A stretch of DNA of 63,501 nucleotides, the filler included, from Phoronis australis (Eukaryota; Animalia; Phoronida): NCBI GenBank assembly GCA_002633005.1. It is 7 parts of 7 records of this genome, joined end to end, with 100 filler letters (N's around TTAATTAATTAA, not from the genome) between each part and the next. Parts side by side here need not be neighbours in the genome. Positions count along the whole stretch, not along the records: positions 11,086 to 42,155 come from NMRA01000088.1; positions 42,256 to 48,668 come from NMRA01002166.1; positions 48,769 to 51,132 come from NMRA01003714.1; 4 more parts are not named here. One strand, 5' to 3'. How positions within the stretch are numbered: position 1 is the first letter of the stretch; every line of letters begins with the position of its first letter. Under the pieces are notes generated by a model that had not been told where the DNA came from, ran no database searches, and saw only the letters and a program-made list of their open reading frames with translations. A program made the position numbers and the translations under genes. Shown in pieces: positions 37,001-50,990 of the stretch.

Positions 37001-40000
37001 CTCGTGAGATAGTGCACAAAGCAAGTTTAATTTAGTTTAATCTTGCAAGACAAGCTTATTTATTGCTCGCCACCACTTAGGCCACAGATTTCTTCATCTC
37101 TAAAACTAGACTCAACTTCTGATTTTTACCAAAACTTTCCACTCACTCGAGATCACTGAGTATAATTTCAAGAACACAATTTCCAGTCAGAGCTTAAATC
37201 CCCCGCGGAATCATACAAAATTTAACAAATAAATCCACAAATTATGATAATTTGGTCAATGTGCCTTAATCCTGCACATGCAGCTATTTCTTTGTGTTCT
37301 CAGTAAGGAGAGCTTTTCAAAAAAAAGAACATAAAGGCTTCAGTCTCAACAAAAGAAGAAAAATGGTGTGTTGACTAAATTTACCATTCACTCACACAGA
37401 CTAACCAACAGTGAACGTATCTACCATCAATTTACCAATCACTCACACAGACAAACCAACAGTGAACGCCTCTACCATCAATTTACCATTCACTCACACA
37501 GACTAACCAACAGTGAACACCTCTACCATCAATTTACCAATCACTCACACAGACTAACCAAAAGTGAACGCCTCTACCATCAATTTACCAATCACTCACA
37601 CAGACTAACCAACAGTGAACGCCTCTACCATCAATTTACCAATCACTCACACAGACTAACCAACAGTGAACGCCTCTACCATCAATTTACCAATCACTCA
37701 CACAGACTAACCAACAGTGAACGTCTCTACGATCACTGGTTAGGAACACTTTTAATACAAGAACACACAAATTCAGTTTCGGTTTTACCTGTTTTTAACA
37801 CCCAAACTGGTCACGAACCAATGGCTGATACTCGATCCTGAAAACAAGTAGAGTATACACTAAAGGACCAGAATGCTTTGAGATGTTGAGCACTGCAAGA
37901 TTTGGTCGCTGAATACAACTTCTGGACATTTTACTGTTTTCGCTGTATTAACTCTATTAGCAAAGTTTGATTCTAAACGTTTCCCATATCTACAACTATA
38001 ACTTTTAACTTGTTGTCCACTGTAAAGCATGAGGTCAATTAAAGCAACTCGGAAAAGCAACAGCAAATACAACAACAATGCATAAGACGAGCCTTAATTA
38101 ATTATTTCTTGTTGACCAAGATACTGATTACGGACAGTTGATTTTATTCTAACAGGATCCCGTAACATGAGTTCCTTACTAAGAAATCAAACTTTGTTAA
38201 ACACAGTATTCCATTTGCGTTAATAGCCTTAATAGATACACACTCTAGCTGGAGGCAGGTTGGTCTTGCATCAGACATCAGTTGATGTGAAATTTGACTC
38301 AAGGTCATGGCAGTGAGGAAAGCGCAAAAGTCAATATTAGAGGCTTTGTATTCATATGACAAAACTAAAAAATCAGCCTCAGTGCTCCACAACCACTAAA
38401 GAAACAGAAAAGTGAAATTTAGACAAAGAAATCTCATAAGTTCTTAAACCAACCGAATAGGAAATAAAATACGTAGAATGCTCGGAGATGACGCAGAACG
38501 GTGTGAGTAGAAGCAGAAAGTAAACTGGCTACAGATGACTTGATGGTGAAAAACTTGGCTTGCTGAATGGTGGGAAAGGCGACAAATTCACCACCGGCGT
38601 AGAAGTAAGACATGGAGTGGACTGTACCTAGCGTAACACCACACAGCACCAGGAACAAGTGGTGCTCGTTCAAGCATGTCGACTGACTGGAATAAAAAGA
38701 AATGGTACACAGGTGAGTATTGTCATTATTGTTATTGTTATTATAATTATCAATAAATTATTATTAGTAATACTTTTAAAAGATTCCAGTGTGGTGTCTA
38801 TTTATAAGAAATGTAAAATTGAGAAAATAAAAATCTCAAACTATAAAAAATAATTATATGCAAATGAAGATCAACATATGTACCTACAAATAGTGTGAAC
38901 AATAATAAATAACTAAAACATGTTTAAAAATGAAAATAAACATATAAAAATAAGTTTGTTTAAAACAGAGCAATACCTTAAAAGATGAAGCGCTTAAAAC
39001 AGATTAAACTACAGAAAACTATTTGTAATAATTAAGATTCCAGTGTACCCCCAACTTCATAGCAGCAGGAGGTGAATTGAACTTAACAACTCTGCATACA
39101 ATAAGCATCACAGTTTAAAACCTGTTCTTCACGACTATTTGCTCAGTTTCTGACAATCACTTGGAGCCTTTAGCAGTAAAAAATTGTCAAGATTATACCG
39201 AGAATTACCTTGGAGAGATGGACCCCGTAAAACGTACGTCTACAAAGTATTGTGTTGCAGAGCATCCAACATGTGATGCTCATAAAACTACAATATGCGG
39301 TAATGACACAATAAACATGGTTAACGAATACACACCATTTCGTCAACCAACGTGCAAGCCAGGCTGTACGCCAACAAAACATCAACGTGACGTGACATTG
39401 GAAATACTGAAATCGACAGTAACACAGACTACGAAAACCTGCAGTTATGGCACACGTCGTGTGCATGGCTTACCTATTGATATCACAAGCTTTGGTCAGC
39501 CCAGTATATGCTCCGTTCTGCGTGGCAATGAAACACCAAGCTGTGAAGCCCCCTCCCAGGGCATGAGTCAATGTGTGTAGAAGTCTGGGGGGTGCAAGAA
39601 TGCTCCAGACATTGGAAAGCAGTGTGGACTTGACAGGTGGGACGACTGTAACATTGCAATAGGAAATATTCTGACACTGTCATTTCATGCTACGGCCACT
39701 TGGTGGCGTAACCGTCTCATCTAGAGTCAACACGACAATTGCAAAATATCGCTTTAAATGCCATTGAAAGATTTCCACGTCACTCGGAGCTCTTTTGTTT
39801 GCATGTGAACCTGAATGTCGCAGACTGTTCTGTCAGTATAAGACAGAGTCAACAGAGCTGTAAGCACTTACAAGTTTCGAGTTCACCGTTTAATATAAAT
39901 TAGAGATTTTATGCTTCTTCTTACTTACGGGTTAAATTTGATATTGAAACATTTTGAAAACGCACAACCATTCCGTGAATCCCATTGAACTCTCATCAGC

Positions 40001-41211
40001 ATATTATCACCGTAGTCTACAACTCAAAAGATAACTACATTTTTTGGCAAGTTGGCTACTGAAACTGTAAAAAAGAGCAAGTGGAGACTCCCTAAATACC
40101 TGCCTAGCTGGTTGAATAAACCTCAGGGTACTGAAAAACACCGACTGCATGTTACTCATAACCACTCGCGATTCACAGTCATGAGCAAGAACCCCTTCCC
40201 TTGCCTGTTGCTCACAACCACTCGCCATTCCCAGGCACGAGCAAGAACCCTTTCTCTTGCCTGTTGCTCACAACCACTCGCCATTCCCAGGCACGAGCAA
40301 GAACCCTTTCTCTTGCCTGTGGTCTACTTACTGGTGTAGAAGGACGTCTTGTGGAGTGTCAGGCCCACTTGAGTTAGAGCTAGTAAACAGCAGTACAGCC
40401 ATATGCTGGGTGAGATGGGAAACCACAGGAGGCCTAGAGGACAAATAAGAAGATAATAATTTCATTACTTAAAAGGGAAACAATTGGTATCGAGTTCGCA
40501 TAACATATTTTTTATTATAGTTGGGCAGCATAGACCTCTTGGAGTTATTACTTTTATCAATGCTGTGAGACAGTAACATTTGCCGTATTCTTGTGATTTT
40601 ATTAGAAATGACTCATCCCCGATGTTGGATTCCAGTCATTCTATTATAGAATTGTGAAATCAAGGCTGGTGACGTCATCAGCTGCATACACTAAAAATAT
40701 TCAGCTACTCACTGCATTGGCTTTCAGCTCCACTAATAGTGTTTGACTGCTGCTGCTGAGGTCGTGAGTTCGAATCTGTCTTAGGGTTGATCTCAAACAC
40801 ACAACTTTGTCGCTGATAACACCACATTAAATAGGACTAAACACTGACTGGGTCCAGTAATTTGAGCTGTACCTCTTTGCTCGTCACAAGTTTCTTTACC
40901 CCCAGTCACCACAATTCAGGAGTTACCCCACCACCAACAAATTGTTTTGAGAACGTTGATATTTATTTTTGTCCGAAATTAGTGAGACTCCAGCATATTA
41001 TTGTTTCTTCACACCAAACATGCGTAGTATAGCTTTATCTATACTAAGTCATGATTTACATTAGGAACACTGACATTTCTTCTCACTTACCAGAAACCCA
41101 TGAGTATGGATGAATGACAGAGAAAGTAGCCATTAAGAAGAACAGCCAGGTGATTGGCGGCACCAACAGCCACACCCATATTAGGCTGGCAATTCTTCTC
41201 CACACATACAC
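28090..41211 (-). CDS. NDC1: Nucleoporin NDC1 (TMEM48), 11 internal exons; first and last exons not located
   Basis: Phase-consistent exons: 41211-41091 (VYVWRRIASLIW...HPYSW), 40433-40332, 39645-39474, 38686-38454 (CLNEHHLFL...FPTIQQAKF), 37837-37789, 36676-36544, 35697-35605, 35164-35083 (QDLCLLSRFSPKRR...LSLP), 34295-34143 (GGHPHNW), 28874-28747 and 28204-28090 (LFAGCQKQIWALEG). Confidence 0.93.
29394..30221. mobile_element. Non-autonomous TIR transposon (PIF/Harbinger-like, TTA TSD)
   Basis: TIRs GGGCTGTTCCAGTAAAATCTGTGTGGGAGGGG / CCCCTCCCATACAGATTTTGCTGGAACAGCCC, with TTA on both sides. Confidence 0.8.
31300..32645 (+). mobile_element. 5'-truncated, degenerate Tx1/L1-clade LINE (ORF2 C-terminus with zf-RVT) plus 3'UTR
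   Basis: GLNM...ALKVTWLK, PIWHN..V.IGGK and RWFQMR..HRIL...C.FC....ESLEHLFWGC, broken by stops and frameshifts. (GT)n, AATAAA and an A-rich tail at the 3' end. Confidence 0.85.
37378..37735. repeat. 51-bp minisatellite, about 7 copies, in an NDC1 intron
   Basis: Unit CAATTTACCAATCACTCACACAGACTAACCAACAGTGAACGCCTCTACCAT. Confidence 0.95.
40151..40320. repeat. 56-bp tandem repeat, 3 copies, next to an NDC1 splice donor
   Basis: Unit GTTGCTCACAACCACTCGCCATTCCCAGGCACGAGCAAGAACCCTTTCTCTTGCCT. Confidence 0.9.
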
Positions 41212-41319
41212 CTGCAATAGCGCAATACTCCCATTACATTTTTATCGGAATATTGGTGGACTGAACAAGAAAATGACGGCAGCCAGCTGACTGTAGAGTA
41301 CCTTGTATCTTGAGTCCAG

Positions 41320-41720
41320 GGCCCGGTCCCCAATCTTTTTACTCGAAATGGAACTCAAAATTAGGTTTGGCATTTTCTACTCTACTTTTGGGCGAACTCA
41401 AGATAAGTGTCTATTATTCTATGCTCGTGTACACAATAACTTACGTAGATAATTTATTGACCTTAGTTCACAGTTTGTAAACCCAATATTAAAGCAATAA
41501 GTTCGAGTTTGAACTCGAAATTTCGAGTTTTTACTTGAGTTTGTAGCACGAATATAAGGGTCTTCAAGGGCAAACTTGAACTAGAAACTCCTATGCATGA
41601 ACTATAATGTATTCGAGCACAGTCTGATAACCAATTATCTTAAGTTCGCACAAAAGGAGCAGAGAAATTGCCAAAAATAGTTTCGAGTTCGTTTCGAGTA
41701 CAAAGATTAGAGACCGGGCC
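41320..41720. mobile_element. MITE with long TIRs and CAG TSD (Harbinger-like)
   Basis: GGCCCGGTCCCCAATCTTTTTACTCGAAA... / ...TTTCGAGTACAAAGATTAGAGACCGGGCC flanked by CAG. A related degenerate copy lies at about 32668-32975. Confidence 0.8.
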
Positions 41721-44700
41721 CAGATCTAGATAGATGTCAAAAAAACGTGACGTCGGATCTGAAATCAGTCATCACCCAGACAGACAATAATGATAGAAGA
41801 ATCGTTTGAAGTATCATTTCTGATGAGAGTAATTACCCTGATTGGTAGTTTTGGAGTTGTGGAGAGACCTACCCATCCGACTACTACCGCTGAATGGTTG
41901 GCACTGGTCGGATATACTGATATAGCAATCCCTGATTTAAGAAATATACTGGGGAACCCAATGTTCGTCCGCCTAAGCATAAAACCGACTTGCTGTTGTA
42001 CTCACCGAATTATTCCACTTCAAAGTTATGATCTGAATAGGATTCGATTTAACTCTCACAGATATACCGCATTCATCGATTCGGAAGTTTTCTTTAATTT
42101 GTGCCGAGTTATTTCAAATGTGCACTGCCTTCGGCAGCCATTTTATTGTGACACCNNNNNNNNNNNNNNNNNNNNNNNNNNNNNNNNNNNNNNNNNNNNT
42201 TAATTAATTAANNNNNNNNNNNNNNNNNNNNNNNNNNNNNNNNNNNNNNNNNNNNATTACTACATAGTGGTTCATTAATTTAAAAAGAGAGGAATTAATC
42301 CCACTCTCAGACCTCCATTGTTTGATTAAGTTATCTTCACTAACTTATATTTTTTTATATCGGCTGGGATCGAAATCCTCCTGCATTATCACATATGAAT
42401 ACATGAGGGCGCATGAAAAATGTGTATGTTTACAGCTAAAGCCCCATTTTTACTGACTTTTTCAACACAACAAATGTTGCCTCAAATAACAACTTCCTTA
42501 AATACTCCAAAACACATGCCTTTGTTTTGGTGTCTGATTGACAGAATTATTTTGCAAAAAATAGCCTGGCAAATTCTAAAAATATCACATCTCAGATGAC
42601 ATGAAACAAACATAGATCACAAAAGCTGGTTATGGTCCTGGCAACACAGGAATGTGATAAATGTTCTATAAATAACTTTAAACATTATGCCCTACTGTTA
42701 ACTAGGTCACAGCTGATAGACAGACCAAGATTACAGCAGTGCCATCTACAATAACAGGAACAAACTAAAAGGCAAAGACATGATCCTAACAGAGAGCAGA
42801 TGGTTCCATCTACTCAGGTTCAGGAATTGGTCATAAAACATTGTGTAACTTAGCAATGAAGGCTGACCTTCCAAACAAGGGCACATCTTTTAATGTCTGA
42901 ATAGAACCAGAATTTAAGGTATTGGCTACCTTTAGAAGTTGGTGAGAGAGGGGCGCCTAGTAATTTAATCCGTCAATATATTCATGCAGTGTAAGAAATT
43001 TACTTGACACGCCAACAATAGCCCGTTGCTTTGCAGTTCCTAGAGAGCAGACTCATGGTCTAGCCAGACACGCCACCTGGTGACTCCTGTACAGGTGCAC
43101 TGCTGCTTTACTAGTGCCTCCTACAAAATCTCAACCTCCCTCACTAAATACAACAGTATACCACAAAGTAAACTGCCTGACCATGCTATCGGTGATATAC
43201 CTTCAATGTTTACAAGACCATTATTGTAATGAGCACACTTTATTCACGCTGGCCACCAGCCAAATACAACGACAAGGTAAAATATTCTCCACAACAAATT
43301 CCCGTATTCCGCACTCTTGCTCTTCACAGCTGTGAGGTAAGATTATATTGATAATACAAAGGTGCCCCTGGCGAGATGGGCTTCACTGTCTTTTGTCCTT
43401 CAGAACCGCCGGGAAGGGCGAAACGTGACATCCCGCATCCATGGATATTCATCTACCTAATGCCACTTCCTTGAATATGCATTGCAGCCTACGGCACATC
43501 ACCGATACATTCCCGGCATGATTTACATATGATATAAAACTTAAAGTATTCATAAAACAGATGCTAACATGGTTCACCATAGAAGCAAAAGCGAGGCTGC
43601 TGACCTGGCTGCCATATCTGGAGGGGTGCCACTTTTTCGTACCTCATGGCACGGGAAAGTGATCAATGCGGATGGCGACAACCTATAACTCACCAATTTA
43701 GAAAAGCAATGGTAATACCATGTTTGAATATCCAAAACTGCAAAGGTCGAAGCGTCCACACTACTTTTAAACCTAGTGACAGGACATTCTAGGAGCAAAT
43801 TGTTCTAGGGTATGGGAACTGCAGAGTGGTTGGAACTAAAGATTCATTGTTAGTTGACTACCTAAGCTTACCAGCAGGGGTCCACTATGGTATTTAGAAA
43901 TACATTAAAAGTTCTCCCACAGGAAGTACAGATAACAACAGTTTCATTATCTAGGAAGAAAAAATAACAACAAACCTTTTTGACATCCATTGCTGACAAC
44001 TCTTGCACACAACGATGGTCTAAAAAAACCACCGAGGTTAAAAGGACAATTAGTGAACAAATCTAGTGATCAGTGACCTCGACCTAGTTTGAACAAGGGT
44101 TTACTTCACAACACTACTTTGTTGCTCCTATATACCCAGTGGATGGCCATTAGATATGTGTTTTGTGGTGGCCTATTGAAAGGCAAAACCAACACGAGTC
44201 TTTTGTTGATGCCTAACACAGTGAAATGTAGAGAAAAGTAGCCATAGAATAACCAACAGATGAGCACAATGGACCAATCCCACTGAGGTGAAAGGTTATT
44301 GATTTTATAGGTCAACATCCTACAGGGGCCCCCACAACTGAAAGACTGAATGACTCATCATAGTGTCTTTTTGAACTATCATGACATCCAGGGCAAAACC
44401 TTCAAAGATATTTTCATTTCTTTGCGCTTTAAACATCATCCAGCAATTTCTTCTCTACTGCATTAGGAAAACTGTTTTCGAGCTTGAAATGACCACCGAA
44501 CAAAATCAGAGCTTCAGTTGCTATGTTTACTCAAGTGCCACCTATAGTTTGAACCAGTGCAGGTAACTACAAGTAGTACAAGCAGTGATTACTTAATTAA
44601 CCATATAGCACAAAAGACGAAAATCAGGAAAAATTCACACAGGCAAGAAACTCCTACGGTAAGACTCAATTTTGTGAACATTTCTGAAGGACAAAAACAA

Positions 44701-47700
44701 CATTTTAGAAATGTACAGTACGAATGAATGTTTTCCGTCGTATAATTAGGTAGATGTGAAGAAACTTTGAATCGATGATTAGAAACAAGTAGCCTACTTG
44801 TGTTAGTTACATAGCGTACTCCTTTCATGGACTTCAGATTGTGGAGCCAGTCACCAGGTGGCAGAACTGTCTTGTCAACATGTTGACTCACCAACAACTG
44901 CCACACGACATGCTGCGCAATTCGATGACATTTCGCTAAAATAGCTATGCAGAAACAAAACTTACACATAGAGGAAGCATATAGAGTTATCAAAAGCAGA
45001 AATGGTCGCTTGGCATTGCTTTTGATGTCTGACATTACGAGACAAAATCATGTTTTTTCACCTCCAAATATTGTACATGGTTACATGTGGAGATAATCTG
45101 ACTGGATCTAAGTAAGATAATGCAGTAGAGTAGGGTTATGAAGTAAATGATTGAGTATTGCCTTCTGCCTAAAGCTCCACCTAGTGGGCACACCTAAGTT
45201 CAGTAGCCACACTGAAGTCCTTGAGATGACATGACGTCTCTACGACTTCCACGAATTTAAAAAACCTGATGAACATGTATTGAAAGTAAAATGACAAAAC
45301 TGAAAAAAATCGTGTGAAATGGACACACTACTTATAAACATTACAGTTAGCAGCATATTAAAGAAGTCTAAATTGGCAAGAAAACCAGACAGTTAAACAC
45401 ACTTCTTTGCACAACTAGATCATATTGTGGAATTCGTCAAATAAAAATAACTTTTATCCCTAGATTTTACTGTCACCACAAATCCAGTTCATTTTGGGCT
45501 CAGTTTGTTGCCAAATAAGCATACGACGATGGAAATCTCTCATCCTCTCAAGCCGTCAAACTCTCGAGCCTTTTTCACACTCTCAAGCCCGTGCACCTCA
45601 TATCCCAGTCCCAGGAACACTAAGGGCTAGCTCAGACAGAGAGCTACATGACTCGAACGCAAATGAACTCAGCTCACAGCTCTCATGTATGCGACAATAT
45701 GAACCAAAATGACTTTGCCTCATGATACAGTGAGACGAATGTCTCGCTCATTGGGTTCTGAGATTGTAAATGCTCACAGTATGCGTGAAAGCTGAGCCAA
45801 GTTGTTCACTGATTACTATCGGTAGTTCATAAAAATTAATAACTGACAACTACAAATTTCTTTCGCTAGGTCATTAGAAGCCGTGTACTACAATTACGTA
45901 CAAAAATTACGTTGTTTAAAAGGAAAGTAGTTCAGAAGTCAGTGAGCATTCACCTCATTGTAAGAGGATAACAATGATGCAAGATAAATTTCACTTGAAA
46001 CACAAGGCTCAGGTCATGTAGCTGTCCTTCAACGGTGCCCCTTAAACTAAGTGCATGAATACCAAATAATAGGGTTCAGGATTGGACATGTTGCCTCTTA
46101 CTCCTACTTGGCTTACAACAACTAAGCCATTGAAACCCTGGTCACTTCATTGTTGTTAGACAACATACTGTGGACAGGACCCCTTCCAAAATGGCCATTC
46201 GTGTACCTTACTGACAAAATGCAGATTCTTGAAACTTGAAAATAGTTAGACATATCGTGGAGTTCAAGGCCTAATAAGTGGGTGGTTGGAAAATTTAGCA
46301 CATTAAAAACTGTGCGTAACTTGGTATTCAAGATGCTAATAAATAGACACCAGATTTTAACTTCATTGAATCTTGTACAAGTGCTTGATTGTTCAACAAA
46401 TCAAGCTTCTACCAAGAATTTTAATCTTGTACCAACTCCTGCATTGCATTCAAAAAGCCTGGGTTTAGAATAAGCATTTCTATGAGAACAACTGCGACTC
46501 CTCAAGCCAGAAGATGGGTACTCAAATTCCAAACCCAAAGGTCCAGGTGATACTTCTGATGTATTACTTAACTGCACAGAATCCAAAACAATCAGATATA
46601 TTGGCCCCTGGGAAATGGAGAGAACCACAGACATGCAACCACAACCCACAACCACAACACCAGGTATTACACATACCCACTCACCCCTTCTTTAAATAAT
46701 GGATTGCCCCACTTATCATCAGACATCTCTTATGCACACATGTGTCTCTACACTAAAATCACTGAAGTTTTGGCAAAATGCCAAGGGACATGGAGGCACA
46801 ACCATCTTAAATGGAAAGTTGACACTCAGAAAACAAAATCACAATCCTACTTAGGACTTAGAACTCTAAATAATTTCAGAAGTGCATCACGCATCATCAA
46901 GCATTGACTGGACTTGTTGAACTTGACCTTCCAAGTGTACACTAACAATACCCTTGTTTTGTCAAGCAGAGTAAATTCAAGCTGACAGGTGATCAAAGTA
47001 TTGAATTTTTACATCATAATTCAGTGGATAAAGAAAATAAGAGGGAATGAGTAAAGCTGTCCAATATGATGTACAACTGGGTTCATATCCTCGTATCCAG
47101 GGTGGTTAAAAGGATACCAAACCTGGTTATGGCCGATTAACACATACTAAAAACTTCCCATCCAGTTCTCTGAAACAAAAAATGCTCTGTAACCCTCAAC
47201 AACCCTCAAAAGTTTGCGTGGGAGGAAAATTTGAAAACTACTTTCAAAGTCTGCTATAGGTCAAGCGTGATCTACACTTTTAGCAAATTACACAGAAACT
47301 GTGGGAAAAGACCACCTAGGACCATGAGTTTTTGGATGATTCCTGCCTTGAAGTTGAAGACTTAAAGACGCCAATGATGCATTAGCAGGCGACAGAACGA
47401 AGACTGGAGGAAATCGTCAAAACAGGGTTTAGTATCCTTTAAAATGAAGAAACTACAAAACCAAGATGTTGGTATAAAGCTTGGCGCTACAAAATGATGG
47501 TCATTTAGCCACAGATAGCAACATAAGAGAGAAAATTCCACGTGTTCTAAAATGCCACAAAATTTACAGAGTAGTTTACTTCAAGTCCTGAAAATTCAGA
47601 AACAGCGAATGATATTCATAATACCAGGGATTGCAATGTGTCAGAAAACACCTGGGGGCCTGTCATCTAGGTGTAAATAGTAACACAGCGCTTGATACAA

Positions 47701-49849
47701 ATAACCGCACCTTAATTAGTGATTTTTGCAAGACTGACAGCAACAGAAAGGCCGCTCTAGTCATGAACCGAACTCTCAACAGTAACAAATTAAAATCCAG
47801 ACAGAGGAAACAGTCAACAGAATATTCCATTTATCTCCAAAAACTCCTAATTACTCTAAGAAGTTGTTAATTTTCAATTCCATGGCAGCTTAAATGGCAA
47901 GCTACTAGAAATGAAATAATGAAAAAATGTTTCTATGGTAACCACAGAGTGGATACGTTTCATTTTATGATACCTATCCAACAACTTGTCTTACCATTGA
48001 ATGCATGGGCAAGAGTCAAACTAACAGACAATACAGGCAGATAAAAATGAAAGGATGGGACGGAGACCAATAATTTATTTTGAACTTACGTCAAATTCTG
48101 CCCAAGTCCGCACACATCATTTCAGATTCTACGAAAACTACCAGGGGAAGTACACCTCCCCCCGCGCTTCTGACAATCTTGCAACGAATTGACACGACAC
48201 AGGCGTGTGCTCCGAAGACCAAGAACTTCATGGAATGGAAAGGCATGATCATGCAAGACTTCATGAAATATTGTCATACATTACGTCAAAGCACCGGATC
48301 ACACTGGCTTACAGATTCTTGCATCTACGGAAACTCGACCCAGAATCCACCTATGACCCCCATAACTCACGCACTTGACTGCAGGCTGTTCCGAATTCCA
48401 CAAGCTATCACCTTTTGCCAGCTAACTCTGAACAGATAACTCATAAAAGATGTATCAATGTTACACCCATAACAAACATGTTGCCCAACAAATACTGAAT
48501 GGCTTTCTTGCACAGGCCTGTTGTCAATGGGATGTCAAAGGCACACAAAGCATCAACTCACAAGACAATTTGTCATTCATCCAAGGCAATACTAATAATT
48601 GATTTTACATCAAGATGGTTATGAGAAGCTCTGAAAAATAACATCCACTAGTTCAGGCTACTCAAACGNNNNNNNNNNNNNNNNNNNNNNNNNNNNNNNN
48701 NNNNNNNNNNNNTTAATTAATTAANNNNNNNNNNNNNNNNNNNNNNNNNNNNNNNNNNNNNNNNNNNNGACTCGTAGTAAAAACACAAAAACCACAACGG
48801 GATTTGCTGTCCTTTTAAGTTAATGGACAGCTTCAGGAAATGGCCGTCCAACATTTATCATCAATAGAGGACGCATCCTGTTCCCAAGGAGGTTTCAAAG
48901 TATCGCTAATTTAGATCGAATATTCAGATGATTGTGATGTTTAAGCGGAAATGGATACATGCTATACTAGAGCGAAGAAATGTGCGCTAGGTGTAAAATC
49001 TTCATGCGAACTTTGGCGTGCCTGCTGTATGTGTCTGTTGTTAATATTGAACAAGAAAGCCTTCGGGCACTTTAGTATTCAATAAAGTTGTGAATTTTAG
49101 TCGGGAGTTCATTGACTCCGCTAATTATTTTTGGAACGTCGATCTTAATTTCCGATGTTTTATCTTGAAGTCGTTGAACTGTATTACTGCGCTCCGGAAT
49201 TGTTCTACAAATAAAAGTCAACTCTTAGTCTGCATAAGATGTCAGTAACTGCGATTATATGATGGCAGTTTTCTCCGAGTTTCCAGTTGATCAGCAATCA
49301 CGTGTACACCGTAATTTCACAAGTAGCTGAACATAAAAGCCGGCATGAAAAAAGGCAAGCGGTGATCTTCAAAGTGTGGAAGAAAAAGAGACGACGAACT
49401 GTGGCGCGTTGAAAGAGCAATCTCAATAGAATGAGAATTTTGAGAACAAAATCGAGCGCTGGACATTTTCAGAAGAATCAATTTTTTGTAGACCGGCGGT
49501 TGGCTTTGCCTTCCTCTAACGTCTTCCAGAAATAACTTGACATCGATTGATTGATTCTAAGCATATAAAATCTGCTTGAAAAGCTTATAATGATATAAGT
49601 CTCCAGTATTTGACTTATTACTTGATTAAAATTCCCCGATCGCAGAGACTTAAATATGATCTCCGGTTGCCACTCAGCATCATAGTTATACGAAATTAGT
49701 TTCCCTAAATTGGCATAAAAGCAGTTTTGGGGGCTACTATACTAGAGTACAATATTGATAGATATAATGCCTAAGCTCTCAAATTACACGCCGGACAGTG
49801 AGCTTGCGAGTAAAGCAGTACGCACATAATCACTAACCTGACTTTAGGC

Positions 49850-50130
49850 CATTAAATTACGCCGCAAATAATTACTTTATACCTTTAAATTACGCCGCAA
49901 ATAATTACTTTACGCCGTTAAAGTACGACGCAAATAAATACTTCACGCCTCTAAATAATTACTTTACGCCTCTAACAACATTTAACTTTCACACGTAATA
50001 TAACGGCGTAAAGTAATTACTTTACGACGCAAGTAATCATTTTACGCCGTAAATAATTACTTTACGCCGCACATAATTTATTTATGCATTAAAAATAATT
50101 TGCGGGCAAATAATTAATTTACGCCACTGA
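49850..50130. repeat. Degenerate ~20-bp satellite with palindromic cores
   Basis: Repeated AAATAATTACTTTACGCC units, plus the palindrome CGTAAAGTAATTACTTTACG near 50007-50026. Confidence 0.8.
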
Positions 50131-50659
50131 TAGGAATTGATTTACGTACGCCATTTCACGGCGACACTTTCCCCCCAACAGCCCACTATGTTGGCCGGGG
50201 GTGATTTGAATACGACATTTTTACCCCTGCAGAAGAAGGCTATTCCCAGGCAAAATCCCGGGCATAAGCGTTTCCTAATCACGTCTACTCTACTTCTGGA
50301 CTTCATAGATTTCGGACATAACACATACATTATAGACGTACTCTAATATTCGGTTAAAAGTGTTGACCGTTGTCTCCTGTGATCATGGTAAAAACGAGAG
50401 AAGTTACTTACTGGGAGACATTTCCATGATAGCAAGTAGCAGCATAAATTCAAGAAAATAACTACGGTTTTAAAACTTGACATGTTTGGTGTCATTTATT
50501 AAACACCATCCTCAGAAGTCATAATACAGTTGCCACCTAGCTAGGCCCAGCAACAAGTAATGAAGCACAGATACAGTCAGTTACAGGGAGTGACAATGAG
50601 ACATTTAGTTAGCTGAGCATAACGTTTCAAGCCTGCAGCCCAGGCCCTTGATCAGACGA

Positions 50660-50990
50660 CTGTTCTCCTAGCCATTGCGAACACCAGGGGGAGTTGCAGT
50701 CCCTGGTCACGGATAAGTGGGGGGTTGTACTGTTTAATGTAAATGGCCTCTTTGATCTTATGGGAGTGCCAATGTTCGTGTCTAAATAAAACAAGAGTAG
50801 TGGCCATATTGATGGTGTGGCCAGATGATACTAAAGTGGTCACCGATAGCAGTGGGTTTGTCCATTTTTTGTGTTCTGCAAAACGGTGCCAAGAACACAT
50901 TTGGTTTCACCGATGTACTGTATACGTGAGAAGGATCCTGGTGACACTGGGTCTGATAAACAACACACGACTGTTTCTCAAGTGGGGTGA
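50660..50990 (-). mobile_element. Penelope-like retroelement fragment (GIY-YIG endonuclease C-terminus), frameshifted
   Basis: RFAEHKK, TAIGDH and KIKEAIYIKQYNPPLIRDQG are typical PLE GIY-YIG C-terminal motifs. Confidence 0.75.

Noticed and set aside
37378-37735. Possible CRISPR-like array
   Set aside because: Units are contiguous with no unique spacers, the context is eukaryotic, and there are no cas genes.
37368-37841. 157-aa repetitive ORF (HQFTNHSHRLTNSERLY)n
   Set aside because: A by-product of a 51-bp minisatellite whose unit is divisible by 3. It is antisense to an NDC1 intron and exon and starts at TTG.
39161-39580. 139-aa Cys/Thr-rich plus-strand ORF
   Set aside because: Non-ATG start, no recognisable domain, and it overlaps a real NDC1 exon on the opposite strand.
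42256-48668. Short ORFs in this contig (e.g. 44589-45035, 48080-48439)
   Set aside because: No recognisable domains or consistent exon chain; the region looks intronic or intergenic.
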